Shown here one piece after another: positions 1-10,105 of a stretch of DNA of 64,000 nucleotides (its first letter is position 1; each line of letters starts with the position of its first letter). Source of the DNA: a virus (lineage: Duplodnaviria; Caudoviricetes); the IMG/VR virus record IMGVR_UViG_2593339225_000003, positions 48,887-112,886 of that record; one strand, given 5' to 3'. A program made the translations under genes and the position numbers. Under the pieces are notes generated by a model, which made no database searches, was not told the DNA's origin, and worked only from the letters and a program-made list of their open reading frames with translations.

Positions 1-948
1 TTCCCGCCATTTTTCAGCGTTATCTCCATCGAGCAATCGTGAATACATTCTTGATATTTCACAACTCAACATTGAATCAATAAAAATAGGCGTACAGAAA
101 TTCTTCTGTGCGCCATAAATTTCGTATAATGTTGTAAGTAATTCTTGTGTGCGGCTAAAACTGAAACAGGGGAGAAGTACCGTACCTTTGCGCTCGATAA
201 CTGTATTTATCGCGGACTCAAGCAATTTGATGTCATATGAGCGTTTCTTTTTGGTTTGCCGTTTAGCCAATCCGTAGGTACTCTCTAAAAGACAAACATC
301 TATGTGCCGGCTCGGAATTTCAGTATTCGTAACATAATGATTTTTGGATTTTAATGCTCCGATGTCTGACGTATATAAAACTCTTTTCGTTGAATTTTTG
401 TCGCGGAGTGTTAGTAACAACTGAGCCGCGCCAAGACAATGAGAATTTCTTAACCATTGAAAACTTACATTGTCGTTCAAAACATAATCTTTGTTATATT
501 CGTTATATACCTCAACCAATTCCAATGCTTTGTAAACATCTTCTTCTTCGTATAGAGGCTTATAATCTCGCTTGTATTTTCGAGATAAAATCCGTGCTTC
601 TTCTTTAAGTATTGCACAGGAGTTTAATAACATTGGTTTTAGCAATTCCGCAGTTTCTTTTGTGGCTATAATTTTACCACGAAAACCCTCGCGGACTAAT
701 CTACCTATGCAACCTGAGTGGTCGATATGAATATGATTTAGGAAAACAAAATCAATTTCTGAGGGTTTGAACTGATATTTCGCGGAATTTGCTCGATATG
801 ATTCTATGTAATCGTTAGATTGAAATAATCCACATTCAAGCAAGCATTGGGTATGTCCGAATTTAATAAGATACTGAGAACCCGTTACATCCTCGGATGC
901 CTTTCCCGTGAAGAATATGCCATTTGATTTTAGTTTCTTTTTAGCCAT
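1..948 (-). CDS. Metallo-beta-lactamase fold hydrolase, beta-CASP RNase-like (runs off the window edge)
   Basis: Not in the ORF track. Manual translation from ATG at 948 behind AAGGAG gives MAKKKLKSNGIFFTG..VTGSQYL..NHIHIDHSG (HxHxDH)..SHCLGAA..YTSD..LESTYG..PCFSFSRTQE. Confidence 0.85.
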   Translation of the reverse strand, partial: MAKKKLKSNGIFFTGKASEDVTGSQYLIKFGHTQCLLECGLFQSNDYIESYRANSAKYQFKPSEIDFVFLNHIHIDHSGCIGRLVREGFRGKIIATKETAELLKPMLLNSCAILKEEARILSRKYKRDYKPLYEEEDVYKALELVEVYNEYNKDYVLNDNVSFQWLRNSHCLGAAQLLLTLRDKNSTKRVLYTSDIGALKSKNHYVTNTEIPSRHIDVCLLESTYGLAKRQTKKKRSYDIKLLESAINTVIERKGTVLLPCFSFSRTQELLTTLYEIYGAQKNFCTPIFIDSMLSCEISRMYSRLLDGDNAEKWRE

Positions 949-957
949 ATACGCTCC

Positions 958-1143
958 TTATGTGAGTTTTTTGGCTATGTCTACATATTTGTCCTCTAAG
1001 TATCTTCTGTGGCGGGTACGATAAAATCCTACGATGTCGCCGTTTTGTTTAACATAACCTCTTGTTGAATTGCGGATAACACCTTTTTCAATTAGTGCTT
1101 CCATTTCCTTTTTTGTTATTTCTTTCAATTTTGGTGTAACCAC
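958..1143 (-). CDS. Small basic hypothetical protein
   Basis: 61-aa ORF co-oriented and abutting the MBL gene RBS. Confidence 0.55.
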   Translation of the reverse strand: MVTPKLKEITKKEMEALIEKGVIRNSTRGYVKQNGDIVGFYRTRHRRYLEDKYVDIAKKLT

Positions 1144-1171
1144 CTTTTGTAAATTTAGCTTTCGCTATGTT

Positions 1172-1245
1172 TGGAGCTGAAACCGAGAGTCGGACTCGGA
1201 TTAGTAGGTTACAAATCTACGGTACTACCATTATACTATTTCAGC
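1172..1245 (-). tRNA. tRNA-Thr(UGU)
   Basis: GCTGAAA/TTTCAGC acceptor stem, anticodon loop TTTGTAA, encoded CCA. Confidence 0.8.
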
Positions 1246-1263
1246 ATATTACCCTTGCGGGTA

Positions 1264-2068
1264 TTAAGCGGCATTTCGATAATATGATGAATGTCGCGGG
1301 ATATTATATTTATCGCACCATTTACGAACCGCATTGTCTGTTACTCCATATATTTTACCGACACTTACAAAAGAATTTTTTGATAGTAAATCAATTAATT
1401 CTTTCTTACTTGGTATATATTGAATTAATTGTTTGTTATAACAATCAGGACATAATAGTGTTTTGCATTTTCCACTTAATTTTTTACCACACTGCAAACA
1501 CGCATAATCTCTTTTTACTCTAATAGAAACATCTTTATTTTCTTCTTGCCTTTGTGCAAAAGATTTTTTATTGTTTTTTATTGCAGTTTGCCTAATCGGG
1601 TATTGTTTATTGTCATCTTTCCAAGTATTTCCAACATTTATTTGAGAGATTGTATTAAAATGCAGTGAATACTTTTTTGCAATTTCATTTTCAGTTAAAA
1701 TGTTTTCTTCTAAATCAACAATTATTTTATTAACAGTATCTTGATTTAATTTTTTATAGTATAGCATATCGCCTCCAGCAGTGAGATTATAACCATTTGG
1801 ATATTTGGTGTTATATTTAGCAATATAATATATTTCTTTTTCTTTTAATTCTTCTTTTTTATATCCTTCGATAACCTCAAAATTAAAATTGTTAAATCCA
1901 AAATAGTTAAGCATATGATGAAAGTAAGAATTTTCTGTTGATTTACCAGTATCTCTTTTGACATCACTCTTATTTTTTATGTTGATTATATCTTCTTTTT
2001 ATATTTGTACTTTGTCCAATATAAGATTCACCTGTTATTTTGTTCGTAAATTTGTATATTCCTATCAT
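1264..2068 (-). pseudogene. GIY-YIG homing endonuclease with a frameshift in an A-run near 1970
   Basis: MIGIYKFTNKITGESYIGQS..RR (GIY-YIG) ends in TAA. Removing one A joins it to ORF 1264..1914 (YNLTAGG, Zn ribbon, HTH-like tail). Confidence 0.75.
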
Positions 2069-2288
2069 AATAAAACTTCCTTTCTGCAAAAAGATATAAA
2101 AAAACAAAGTTAGTAATTGTTGTTGCAGCAACAAAAAGAGAGCGACTCTCTGTCCTAACTTTGTATTTTGACAAATGTATTCGATTGTGAACAAAAAACT
2201 TTCGATTTCTAAAAACAATAGAAACAAACGATGTTTAATAAAATATCAAATCAGTATAACTCTACCAACTGAGCTACACGAGAATATA

Positions 2289-2364
2289 TGGCGGCTCTAT
2301 GGGGACTCGAACCCTAAACTCCGCCGTGACAGGGCGGTGCTTTAACCAGTTAAACTATAAAGCC
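2289..2364 (-). tRNA. tRNA-Asp(GUC)
   Basis: CCGCC-CTGTCAC-GGCGG anticodon arm, GGTTCGAGTCC T arm, CCA end. Confidence 0.9.
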
Positions 2365-2367
2365 ATA

Positions 2368-2455
2368 TGGTGGGCAGGAAAGGATTTGAACCTTTGAATC
2401 GTTGCCGAAACAGTTTTACAGACTGCTTGCTTTGACCAGACTTGCATACCTACCC
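2368..2455 (-). tRNA. tRNA-Tyr(GUA)
   Basis: GCAGT-CTGTAAA-ACTGT arm, long variable arm, CCA end. Confidence 0.9.
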
Positions 2456-2458
2456 ATA

Positions 2459-2534
2459 TGGTAGCGGATGCCGGAGTTGAACCGTGCGCCACTCGATTGA
2501 AAGCCGAGTATCTTGACCGCTTGACTAATCCGCC
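2459..2534 (-). tRNA. tRNA-Glu(UUC)
   Basis: CTCGG-CTTTCAA-TCGAG arm, CCA end. Confidence 0.85.
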
Positions 2535-2568
2535 ATTTGATTGAACTATTATGCAAAATATGTAAATC

Positions 2569-2681
2569 GCGGGAATTGCACAATCAATTACATCTACTCA
2601 TACAACGATTAAATTGTAAAAGCAGATAGTTAGTCTTTTTTATAATGTAGATAATGTAGAAGGATGATTGTGTTTAGCCGC
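2569..2681 (-). ncRNA. Remote copy of the CGGCTA/TCCTTCT structured RNA unit
   Basis: Reverse complement reads GCGGCTAAACACAATCATCCTTCT...TGATTGTGCAATTCCCGC, the same scaffold as the units at 39.9-43.1 kb. Confidence 0.8.
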
Positions 2682-2897
2682 GTTGTTTTAAGATGCGCCG
2701 ACGCAGCTTTTGCCGCGCCAACGCCAATTCTGAAAGAGAAAGATAAAGAAATGAGAGTATAAGTGGGTTATCCCCCACTCATATAAATAAAAGGATTCGT
2801 TTGTGTAAATTGCACAAAATACCCTGTAAACCCTCTAAAATAGGGCGTTTTTGTTGTGAAAAATGCACAAATTTCTTTGATTTCTCTCATATTTGCG

Positions 2898-4106
2898 CTA
2901 TGAACAAATTTTATGCCTATACCGATATTTACGCTCTTTGTCGATTCTTTTTCTTTCATTGCGATGGCAAGTTTCACAACGAATTTGACGTGAGTGCGCC
3001 GATATAACATATTCTTTGCCACAATCAATACATTTTTGAATTTTGTATCTCTGCAATTTATAGGTTGAACAATAATCGCAATACTTTCTCGTTCTGTTCT
3101 TATTGTTCATAATAAATGAACCACACTTTTCGCACTTTGATACATTTTGATTACCCACATATTCTTCTAAGAGTAAATATATATTTTCATCTATCGTAAA
3201 AGAAGAAATTGTTTTATAAACATCGCAAGCACTTTCGTTAGCACAATAAGGAATACGGTAACGATTCCCATAAATCTCTATGTAACCATCATCCTCTAAT
3301 TGCTTTATTAAATTCTGTCGTTCTTGCTTTTTAACTGATACCTTACCTAATTTACATATTGCAGAATTATTAAATTCAATGTAGTCGCAATTATTGTTTG
3401 ACTTTAGTTTATAATAAATTAATGTTCCAAATGCAATCTTTTTTATTTTTTTATTCTTTATCCCGCAAATATAATTTAGCTCCGACTCGTACAAAGTAAA
3501 CTTTGTATTACCTATAAAATCAACGATTTGAGATTCTGATAAACCATATATTTGGTCAATTAATTCTTGCATAAAAATATTTCTTCTGACATTATTTGTT
3601 AAAAATTTTTCTTTTGCCTTTTTGCTTATTTCAATCAAAATATCTTTAGCTATTGATTTAGAAAATCCATTTAACCGTAAATACATACAATAATACTTCA
3701 ACTTGAAAAGTGTCCGACCTTGCGCCTTAACAAAATCTCTATTAATTTCTGAAATATATTTTTTAGGATTATATATTTCTGGGTGCTTTTTGAAGTTGCC
3801 AGGAGCAACAGCAGAACCAACGGCAATTCCTTCTCCGCCAGTTGCGAGATTATAATACATATCATCATCAATGGCGTTGCGCTTTTTAATTTCTTCTATT
3901 TCCAAATTAAACGCTTCTTCCTCTGAATCACAATGATGCAATATTTCTCTGCGAAAACTATTTCTGCCATATTTTGATATTGCTTTAGCAATTAGCACTC
4001 CACTACCTAAATAATTGTCATCTTCGATACTTTTATCGGTTGAATGTTTTCCAATATATTTCTTGCCATTCACTAAATTGGTAGTTAAATATACATAATG
4101 GTTCAT
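2898..4106 (-). CDS. GIY-YIG nuclease domain fused to a paralogue of the adjacent Zn-ribbon protein
   Basis: N-terminal YVYLTTNLVNGKKYIGKH..YLGSG..YYNLATGG. C-terminal ~270 aa align by eye with ORF 4103..4975. Confidence 0.8.
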   Translation of the reverse strand: MNHYVYLTTNLVNGKKYIGKHSTDKSIEDDNYLGSGVLIAKAISKYGRNSFRREILHHCDSEEEAFNLEIEEIKKRNAIDDDMYYNLATGGEGIAVGSAVAPGNFKKHPEIYNPKKYISEINRDFVKAQGRTLFKLKYYCMYLRLNGFSKSIAKDILIEISKKAKEKFLTNNVRRNIFMQELIDQIYGLSESQIVDFIGNTKFTLYESELNYICGIKNKKIKKIAFGTLIYYKLKSNNNCDYIEFNNSAICKLGKVSVKKQERQNLIKQLEDDGYIEIYGNRYRIPYCANESACDVYKTISSFTIDENIYLLLEEYVGNQNVSKCEKCGSFIMNNKNRTRKYCDYCSTYKLQRYKIQKCIDCGKEYVISAHSRQIRCETCHRNERKRIDKERKYRYRHKICS

Positions 4107-4975
4107 TTCTTTTGTTTTTCCCTTTGATTTCTTCTATATTCACGGTAATACTTCCTTTTATACTCCAAATTACAAGTATCACATCTACAAGTACAGTTAT
4201 CTTTGGAATTTACCTCAAACTCTTTGCCGCAATCAATACATTTAATGATTTTTACGAGCATTGGATTATATGATTTACAATTATTACAATATTTTTTATT
4301 ACCATATTTATTCCCGCGAGTTAAAATCCCGCACTCAGCACATCGAATAAAATTGCCGCCCTTGTATTTCAAATACTCATATCCAAGTTCACGGAAGTCA
4401 GATACCAATAGCTTCTGTTCGCCCTCATTGTCGATGAATGTCACTCTCACACTGTTGTTTGCGTTTCGCAGCGGCAATTCAAGAAAACCATTATCGGTTA
4501 ATTCACCGATACATAATTCACGGTCAAATCGTTTAGAGGAAACCCGCGCCATTTTGAAAATATCCTTTGTGCTTTCATTTACCCAGCCGTCACTATTCGG
4601 GTTTCTTAACTGCCCAAGTTTGGCAAGACATAAGATTGTAAACATAACCCGCTCTTTTTCAGGATTATCAAGCGTAGCTATTTTTTCAAGCTCAGATTCC
4701 GTGATACTAACTCCCGCGAGTTCAAGTAACTCATACCTGTTTACATTCCTAACAATTTTATCTATGGTTTCCTCCCAAGTGAGTTTATCGTTTTGATAGC
4801 CAAAATAATTTTTCTGCATAAACTCATTTAGCAGTTTATTGATTTTGCTTTTCTTATATCCCAAACAGTGATAATAATACTTCGCAATCATAGATAATGT
4901 GAAAAACGGTTTTTCGCCGACATCGCCACTTTCAAGGTGTTCGATAGCATAATCTTTCTCATTTAATACAATCAT
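4103..4975 (-). CDS. Conserved phage protein with C-terminal CxxC Zn ribbons, next to the phage RNA polymerase
   Basis: 290-aa ORF with four CxxC pairs, translationally coupled to its neighbours. Confidence 0.8.
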   Translation of the reverse strand: MIVLNEKDYAIEHLESGDVGEKPFFTLSMIAKYYYHCLGYKKSKINKLLNEFMQKNYFGYQNDKLTWEETIDKIVRNVNRYELLELAGVSITESELEKIATLDNPEKERVMFTILCLAKLGQLRNPNSDGWVNESTKDIFKMARVSSKRFDRELCIGELTDNGFLELPLRNANNSVRVTFIDNEGEQKLLVSDFRELGYEYLKYKGGNFIRCAECGILTRGNKYGNKKYCNNCKSYNPMLVKIIKCIDCGKEFEVNSKDNCTCRCDTCNLEYKRKYYREYRRNQREKQKK

Positions 4976-5220
4976 TCTTCGTCACCTCCTTGTAAATGGC
5001 TTTCTTTTTCATTTAGAGGGGGCGTAGAGGCACATTTTTTTGTAAAACTACCCTCGGTAATGAAATTATATTCCTCAGTACCTTTTCTCGGTTTATGCCC
5101 ACTTTTATAGGGGTATAAAGGGCAAGTCTTAATATCGCACAGTTTTACCTCTGTTGGACTATCACAACAACAGTCAAGACACTTGGCGCGGATTGCCCTC
5201 ATCGGGGTCAATTTTCCCAT
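4972..5220 (-). CDS. Small Cys-rich hypothetical protein
   Basis: 82 aa, AIRAKCLDCC..CPLYPY, GGAGG RBS. Confidence 0.65.
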   Translation of the reverse strand: MGKLTPMRAIRAKCLDCCCDSPTEVKLCDIKTCPLYPYKSGHKPRKGTEEYNFITEGSFTKKCASTPPLNEKESHLQGGDEE

Positions 5221-8008
5221 AATCCACCTCCAATTCTTTCATTGTAAACTGCCGACCACAATATTCAAACTCACCCTCGCCGGAAACCACTTGCGGGAAG
5301 TGAATTACATTATCATTTCTCTGTAACAGATTTTTGATAATAACATCGCCGCATACATCCCAAGCAAACTTCTTTGAATTTTCACTTTGATAGCATAAAT
5401 CCAAAACGATATTACACATTTCTTCTTCACTCGGACAAATCTCAAAGCATTGCTTTCTGAAATGATTTATCATAATCATATAGTCCGCGAACTCCTGCTC
5501 TGAGGAAACCTTGCGCTCGGTTAGATTTTTCATATGGTTTTTGGTTTTGGCTTTATAATCATTAAAAATCTTTGAGATTCCTACATAGTCTGATTTGCTA
5601 TATTCAGTTTTACTTTTCAAAATCGTATAATCAAACGGCTTTTGAGTTATTTTAATCATATATTCGCTGATATTAGATAAGCAATCTCTAAACGAATCCT
5701 CAAAAAACCAACAGATACGATTTATTGTCGAGTCGCCGCAATCAACAGGGGAGAGTTTGTCGTAGAATTTTATGAAGTCCGACATCTCAGGCGATTGCGC
5801 GGGATAGTTACGAATATCGTCTACGCACTTTATTCCATACTTACCATATTTGCGGATTGCTGAGTTATTATTGTTCTTAACGTATTTGTTGTATTCCGAT
5901 TTGAGCTTGGGATAAACATAGCACATAAAGTAGGGTTTCTTTGTCGCGGCAATTCGCTCGTTGATTGTTTTCCAATCAATAACCTCTTGTGTATCATTTT
6001 CTTTTATTTTTAAGCTGCGCATTGAATACCAATACTCTGGCATAGACTTTGCAATAATTCCTTTGCATTTATCAATACAACACTGCTGAAAATGCTGCCC
6101 ACATCTAATCCTGTATGTCAACATTTCGTATTCAACAGAATCTTTTGGAAATCTATCACGTACAACCGTCATTGCTGTAACGTGGTTTGTAACTTCGCCT
6201 ATTTCATCACTAAACGCAAGTTTGTTGGCAGCAATAATATCTTCCTCTGAGGCAATAACCTTTTCTGCTCGTTTTTGTAAACAAATAATTGTAGGAAGAT
6301 TATCGGTATTATCCAAAAGAACTCTATTATCCGTACAGAAGAAACTATCTCCGTCAAAATCGCACCCATTTTCCGCCTCTGCCGTAGAATCCCAATCATT
6401 GATAATGCAAGCCGTCTGAATATATCTAAACCAATAAGCAACAATATCTGATTTTACAAGTTTTAATTTCCTTATGTTGGAACTTTGACTCATTGGAGCG
6501 CGAAAACAAGCGATTTCCTCCGCTCCTTTATCAATCCAATATTTGTGATAAACTTCTCCTGCCTTTAGTAATCCTGTAATCTCCAAACCAAAGATAGATT
6601 GCAATAAGGCATAAGGGTCTCCGCTAACCATAGCGAAATTTGCATTAATGCGAATTGCTCCGCGTTCGCCCATTTCAATCCGCTTGCGAATCATACTGTA
6701 TATCTTTCTACGGATGAATGGGTCGTTAATCATATCTGATTCAATCATTAACGCTTTAACATAACTCTCAGTATCTTTTGTGAAACAATTATCCTCAGTT
6801 AAACTAAATCCCGCGAGAAATGCTAAACTCTTTCTGTAATCCAAACCAATAACAGACTTTATTTCATCAACCGTCGGCTGACACAACTCTTTGATTTCCT
6901 CATCTGTGAATTGATAGGATTGCAAAAACTGATAGTTTGTATCTCTTACGTTTTCAAGCTCTTGAGGCGTGGTTTTAGTTACTGCAAACTCATAATTGTT
7001 TTTTTGACAATTCTCAAAGTAATCTTCCCAACTGTCATATGAATCCCACAACTTTAACATAGATTCCGTAAGGATAACATCTGCTTCGCGGACATCGCGC
7101 TTTTGCCCCCAAACATCTATGATTTCGTATGTGCCGGCAATTTTTTCCGCAAACTCCACAAAATCCATAGTATAAAGCATCCCTTTAGTCCAAGCGTATC
7201 TAACAGTCATACCCGACAGGGTATCTTCACACCCTGTCAGGTAGCCGTTTACTTCGCGGGAGTATGAGGGAGACATTAACCCAAACCCATCCGAGCCGTT
7301 GTGTTCAATTTCATAATCTTTCTCAAACGTCAGTTTTGGTTCTCCGTCACCGCTATCATCAATCACATAAACATCCTCTTTGAATTTCGTTATGCAATCC
7401 TTAACCACAATGAAACCTTTTGGCATTGGCAGCGGAATTGAGCCAGAACAGATAAGGGCTTGATATGCTTCGAGCTTGGCGGGAACAAGCTTCATATCCA
7501 TTTTCCTGCCGTTATCTAATTTGCTTTTTATCTTGTCGTATAGAAGTTCATTGACATAGACAATAGTTGAGTTTTTGATACCGCCATTTGTGCCGAGCAA
7601 GCGGCGGTATTTTACTGTATGATTGTTTTCGTATGTAATTGAAAATCCTTGATTGGCGCGGTCGTAATCCTTTTTGGAGTTCATAACCACACAAACATAA
7701 TCTTGTTGGAATTGAAGATGATATAGAGTGTTATAGTAATTGCCAATCAATCGTTTGTTTTCAATGCTTTTGGGTTTCTTCTTGATATTGCGGATTCTTC
7801 TTTGTAAGTTATAGATTTTCTCACTTACGTTTTCCGCGCCGTTGATTTCATCTATAAATCTCAGACATTGACTATCGTTCAGAGCCACAATAACGCTTGG
7901 ACATTCTTTCCACGCGGTTTCAAGCGGGAGGTTAAGTTTCCACTTGTTCCGCTTCAACATTTTGCTCTCTATTTTGTATATGAGCTTATGTGGGCTTTTT
8001 TGCTCCAC
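5174..8008 (-). CDS. YonO-like single-subunit phage RNA polymerase (double-psi beta-barrel family)
   Basis: 944 aa with the catalytic DFDGD motif, SDGFG and FRAP motifs. Size and context resemble SPbeta YonO. Confidence 0.85.
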   Translation of the reverse strand: MEQKSPHKLIYKIESKMLKRNKWKLNLPLETAWKECPSVIVALNDSQCLRFIDEINGAENVSEKIYNLQRRIRNIKKKPKSIENKRLIGNYYNTLYHLQFQQDYVCVVMNSKKDYDRANQGFSITYENNHTVKYRRLLGTNGGIKNSTIVYVNELLYDKIKSKLDNGRKMDMKLVPAKLEAYQALICSGSIPLPMPKGFIVVKDCITKFKEDVYVIDDSGDGEPKLTFEKDYEIEHNGSDGFGLMSPSYSREVNGYLTGCEDTLSGMTVRYAWTKGMLYTMDFVEFAEKIAGTYEIIDVWGQKRDVREADVILTESMLKLWDSYDSWEDYFENCQKNNYEFAVTKTTPQELENVRDTNYQFLQSYQFTDEEIKELCQPTVDEIKSVIGLDYRKSLAFLAGFSLTEDNCFTKDTESYVKALMIESDMINDPFIRRKIYSMIRKRIEMGERGAIRINANFAMVSGDPYALLQSIFGLEITGLLKAGEVYHKYWIDKGAEEIACFRAPMSQSSNIRKLKLVKSDIVAYWFRYIQTACIINDWDSTAEAENGCDFDGDSFFCTDNRVLLDNTDNLPTIICLQKRAEKVIASEEDIIAANKLAFSDEIGEVTNHVTAMTVVRDRFPKDSVEYEMLTYRIRCGQHFQQCCIDKCKGIIAKSMPEYWYSMRSLKIKENDTQEVIDWKTINERIAATKKPYFMCYVYPKLKSEYNKYVKNNNNSAIRKYGKYGIKCVDDIRNYPAQSPEMSDFIKFYDKLSPVDCGDSTINRICWFFEDSFRDCLSNISEYMIKITQKPFDYTILKSKTEYSKSDYVGISKIFNDYKAKTKNHMKNLTERKVSSEQEFADYMIMINHFRKQCFEICPSEEEMCNIVLDLCYQSENSKKFAWDVCGDVIIKNLLQRNDNVIHFPQVVSGEGEFEYCGRQFTMKELEVDYGKIDPDEGNPRQVS

Positions 8009-8490
8009 TCACATACCTCCCTCGCGGAGTTTAATTCCGTTCCGTCTTGTTTGTAACATTTGATTAATAGATAACCCTGCCGTTCGCCTTGAGGCAAAGT
8101 CTTGGTTAATTCAATATCATAAAATCCATCGCCGGGAGAAACGTTGCCCAACTTCCAAACAAGCTCGTCCTCGGCATACAAGTTCATTTGAAAGTAGCAG
8201 TTGTTTTCTCGCGGGTTATAAAGATTAACCTTCTGTTCTTTTTGGTTGGCAATAAAAATCATTTCTTTTATGCCGGGAACAGCGATGGCAGGTTTATTAT
8301 CAACTGTTGGTTTTGATACTTCTTGCTCTCCGTTCCAAGTAACAGCGGCATCATCAGGATTTAGATTTTGCGCCGGCTGTTCGTTCCCGCATTTAGAAAA
8401 CAATAGGATAACTAAAACCAAACAGGCGATTAGTAAGATAACCACAATGGGTATAAGTTTGTTCTTTTTCTTAATATCAATATTAAACAT
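7969..8490 (-). CDS. Membrane-anchored hypothetical protein
   Basis: N-terminal basic residues plus a hydrophobic helix, 173 aa. Confidence 0.65.
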   Translation of the reverse strand: MFNIDIKKKNKLIPIVVILLIACLVLVILLFSKCGNEQPAQNLNPDDAAVTWNGEQEVSKPTVDNKPAIAVPGIKEMIFIANQKEQKVNLYNPRENNCYFQMNLYAEDELVWKLGNVSPGDGFYDIELTKTLPQGERQGYLLIKCYKQDGTELNSAREVCEWSKKAHISSYTK

Positions 8491-8499
8491 TTGTGCTAT

Positions 8500-8820
8500 T
8501 TATTTTAGAGATATGCGGAAACAGCGTTCAGACTGTAACCATTGAACCTCTAACCTTTCTTTCTCATATTTTAGTAAATCCGCTATTTGATATATGTAAT
8601 AACAGTAATCAACCTCTCCGCGCCGGATGTTCCTCAAAATGTTATTGATAAAGCTGCAATAATTCTGATACTGAGTTTTACCGTGATATGAACCATAAGA
8701 GGGAGTATCGGGGATTACCCTCATTCTGTCCTCTTGCGCGGGAATGACTGTTCGTTTAAGGTTTTCAAAATCAGATAGCCATTCTTCGTTCGTGTATTCT
8801 TTGGGCGGTCTATCGTTCAA
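8500..8820 (-). CDS. Hypothetical protein, first gene of the leftward operon
   Basis: AGGAGG RBS upstream, downstream of the leftward promoter. Confidence 0.7.
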   Translation of the reverse strand: MNDRPPKEYTNEEWLSDFENLKRTVIPAQEDRMRVIPDTPSYGSYHGKTQYQNYCSFINNILRNIRRGEVDYCYYIYQIADLLKYEKERLEVQWLQSERCFRISLK

Positions 8821-8893
8821 TCATAAGCACCTCCTTTCTTTGTTTGTAAATGTAGTCCCACCTCGCGGCGGTTTATTTATTCAATCCATAGCT

Positions 8894-8922
8894 ATTGTAA
8901 CACTTTACAAAAGTTTTGTCAA
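8894..8922 (-). promoter_or_regulatory. Leftward sigma-A promoter for the RNAP operon
   Basis: TTGACA-17-TACAAT on the minus strand, preceded by TAAATAGCAAAAAACATA. Confidence 0.75.
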
Positions 8923-9019
8923 TATGTTTTTTGCTATTTACATTAATTTTTTTTATTTTTTTGTAGAAGCCACAGAGGGAAGTCTGCGAACTCCGCCGGA
9001 TTTTTGCATTATAAAGTAA

Positions 9020-9222
<203 letters not shown>

Positions 9223-9859
9223 TCCCTACCTGACGGTAGGGTATATTTTTAACCAACATTCGGATTATTTTTTGCATAAATTCGGAATAGTTTATCACGC
9301 AAATTTCGCGGGTTATCTGTTAAAACATAATCCGAAAAACCATATCAGCTAAATTCTGCGGGATAAGAAACCGTCTAAAATAGAGGGATTGTGATTACTG
9401 TTCTGATGTGGTTTTTATAGGTGGTTTTCGATAATCGAATTTTTTGGGCAGTAAACCCTCTATTTTCGCGGAGTAGCTATTAAGGAATGACTGTTTCGGT
9501 ATGTATTGCAAAACGTCTATTTATGGTGACTTGTAATGAAAAATTTGATTTTTCGGTAAACCTCTATTTTTGAGGGATAGGATGGGGTTTGGTTAGTAGA
9601 AGAAATGTGGATAGAATGGGACACATAACACTCCTGACGGTAACGCTTTATCGCTTTACTATGTTAAAGCCCCCCTCTATTTTTGGGCTATTCCGGCGGT
9701 ATCTTCATATTTGTGCATTTTATGAAGTTGATTTTTGACTATAAAACATTTATTTTATTGTGATATTATTCTATTTTAGCAATATACAATTTGTAATTCT
9801 GATTATATAACATTTTGTATAGTTTTAGATTTTTCGGGAAGGTGTAAAGTAAATTACTT

Positions 9860-10105
9860 TACATTGTTAAATTTTTAACAATCTTTTACAATATTTTATA
9901 TTTGTTTACAATCTTTTACCGCTTTTTACATTGACAAAACTTTAACAATCTTTACCATCTCAATACATTGACAAAAAATTAACAATCTTTTGCATAACAT
10001 TGTTATTAATTTAACAATCTTTTTAGCAGCAATAATATTTTAACATATTAAAGCGTTAAATCATAACCCGCGCGTTATATTGTTAATATTTTAACAATCT
10101 TTAGC
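9860..10105 (+). repeat. Cluster of TTAACAATCTTT-like repeats
   Basis: About six copies, several preceded by ACATTGTTAA or ACATTGACAAAA. Confidence 0.65.

Noticed and set aside
1246-2283. Group I intron within a tRNA
   Set aside because: No matching tRNA 3' exon follows the endonuclease gene and no group I core was recognised.
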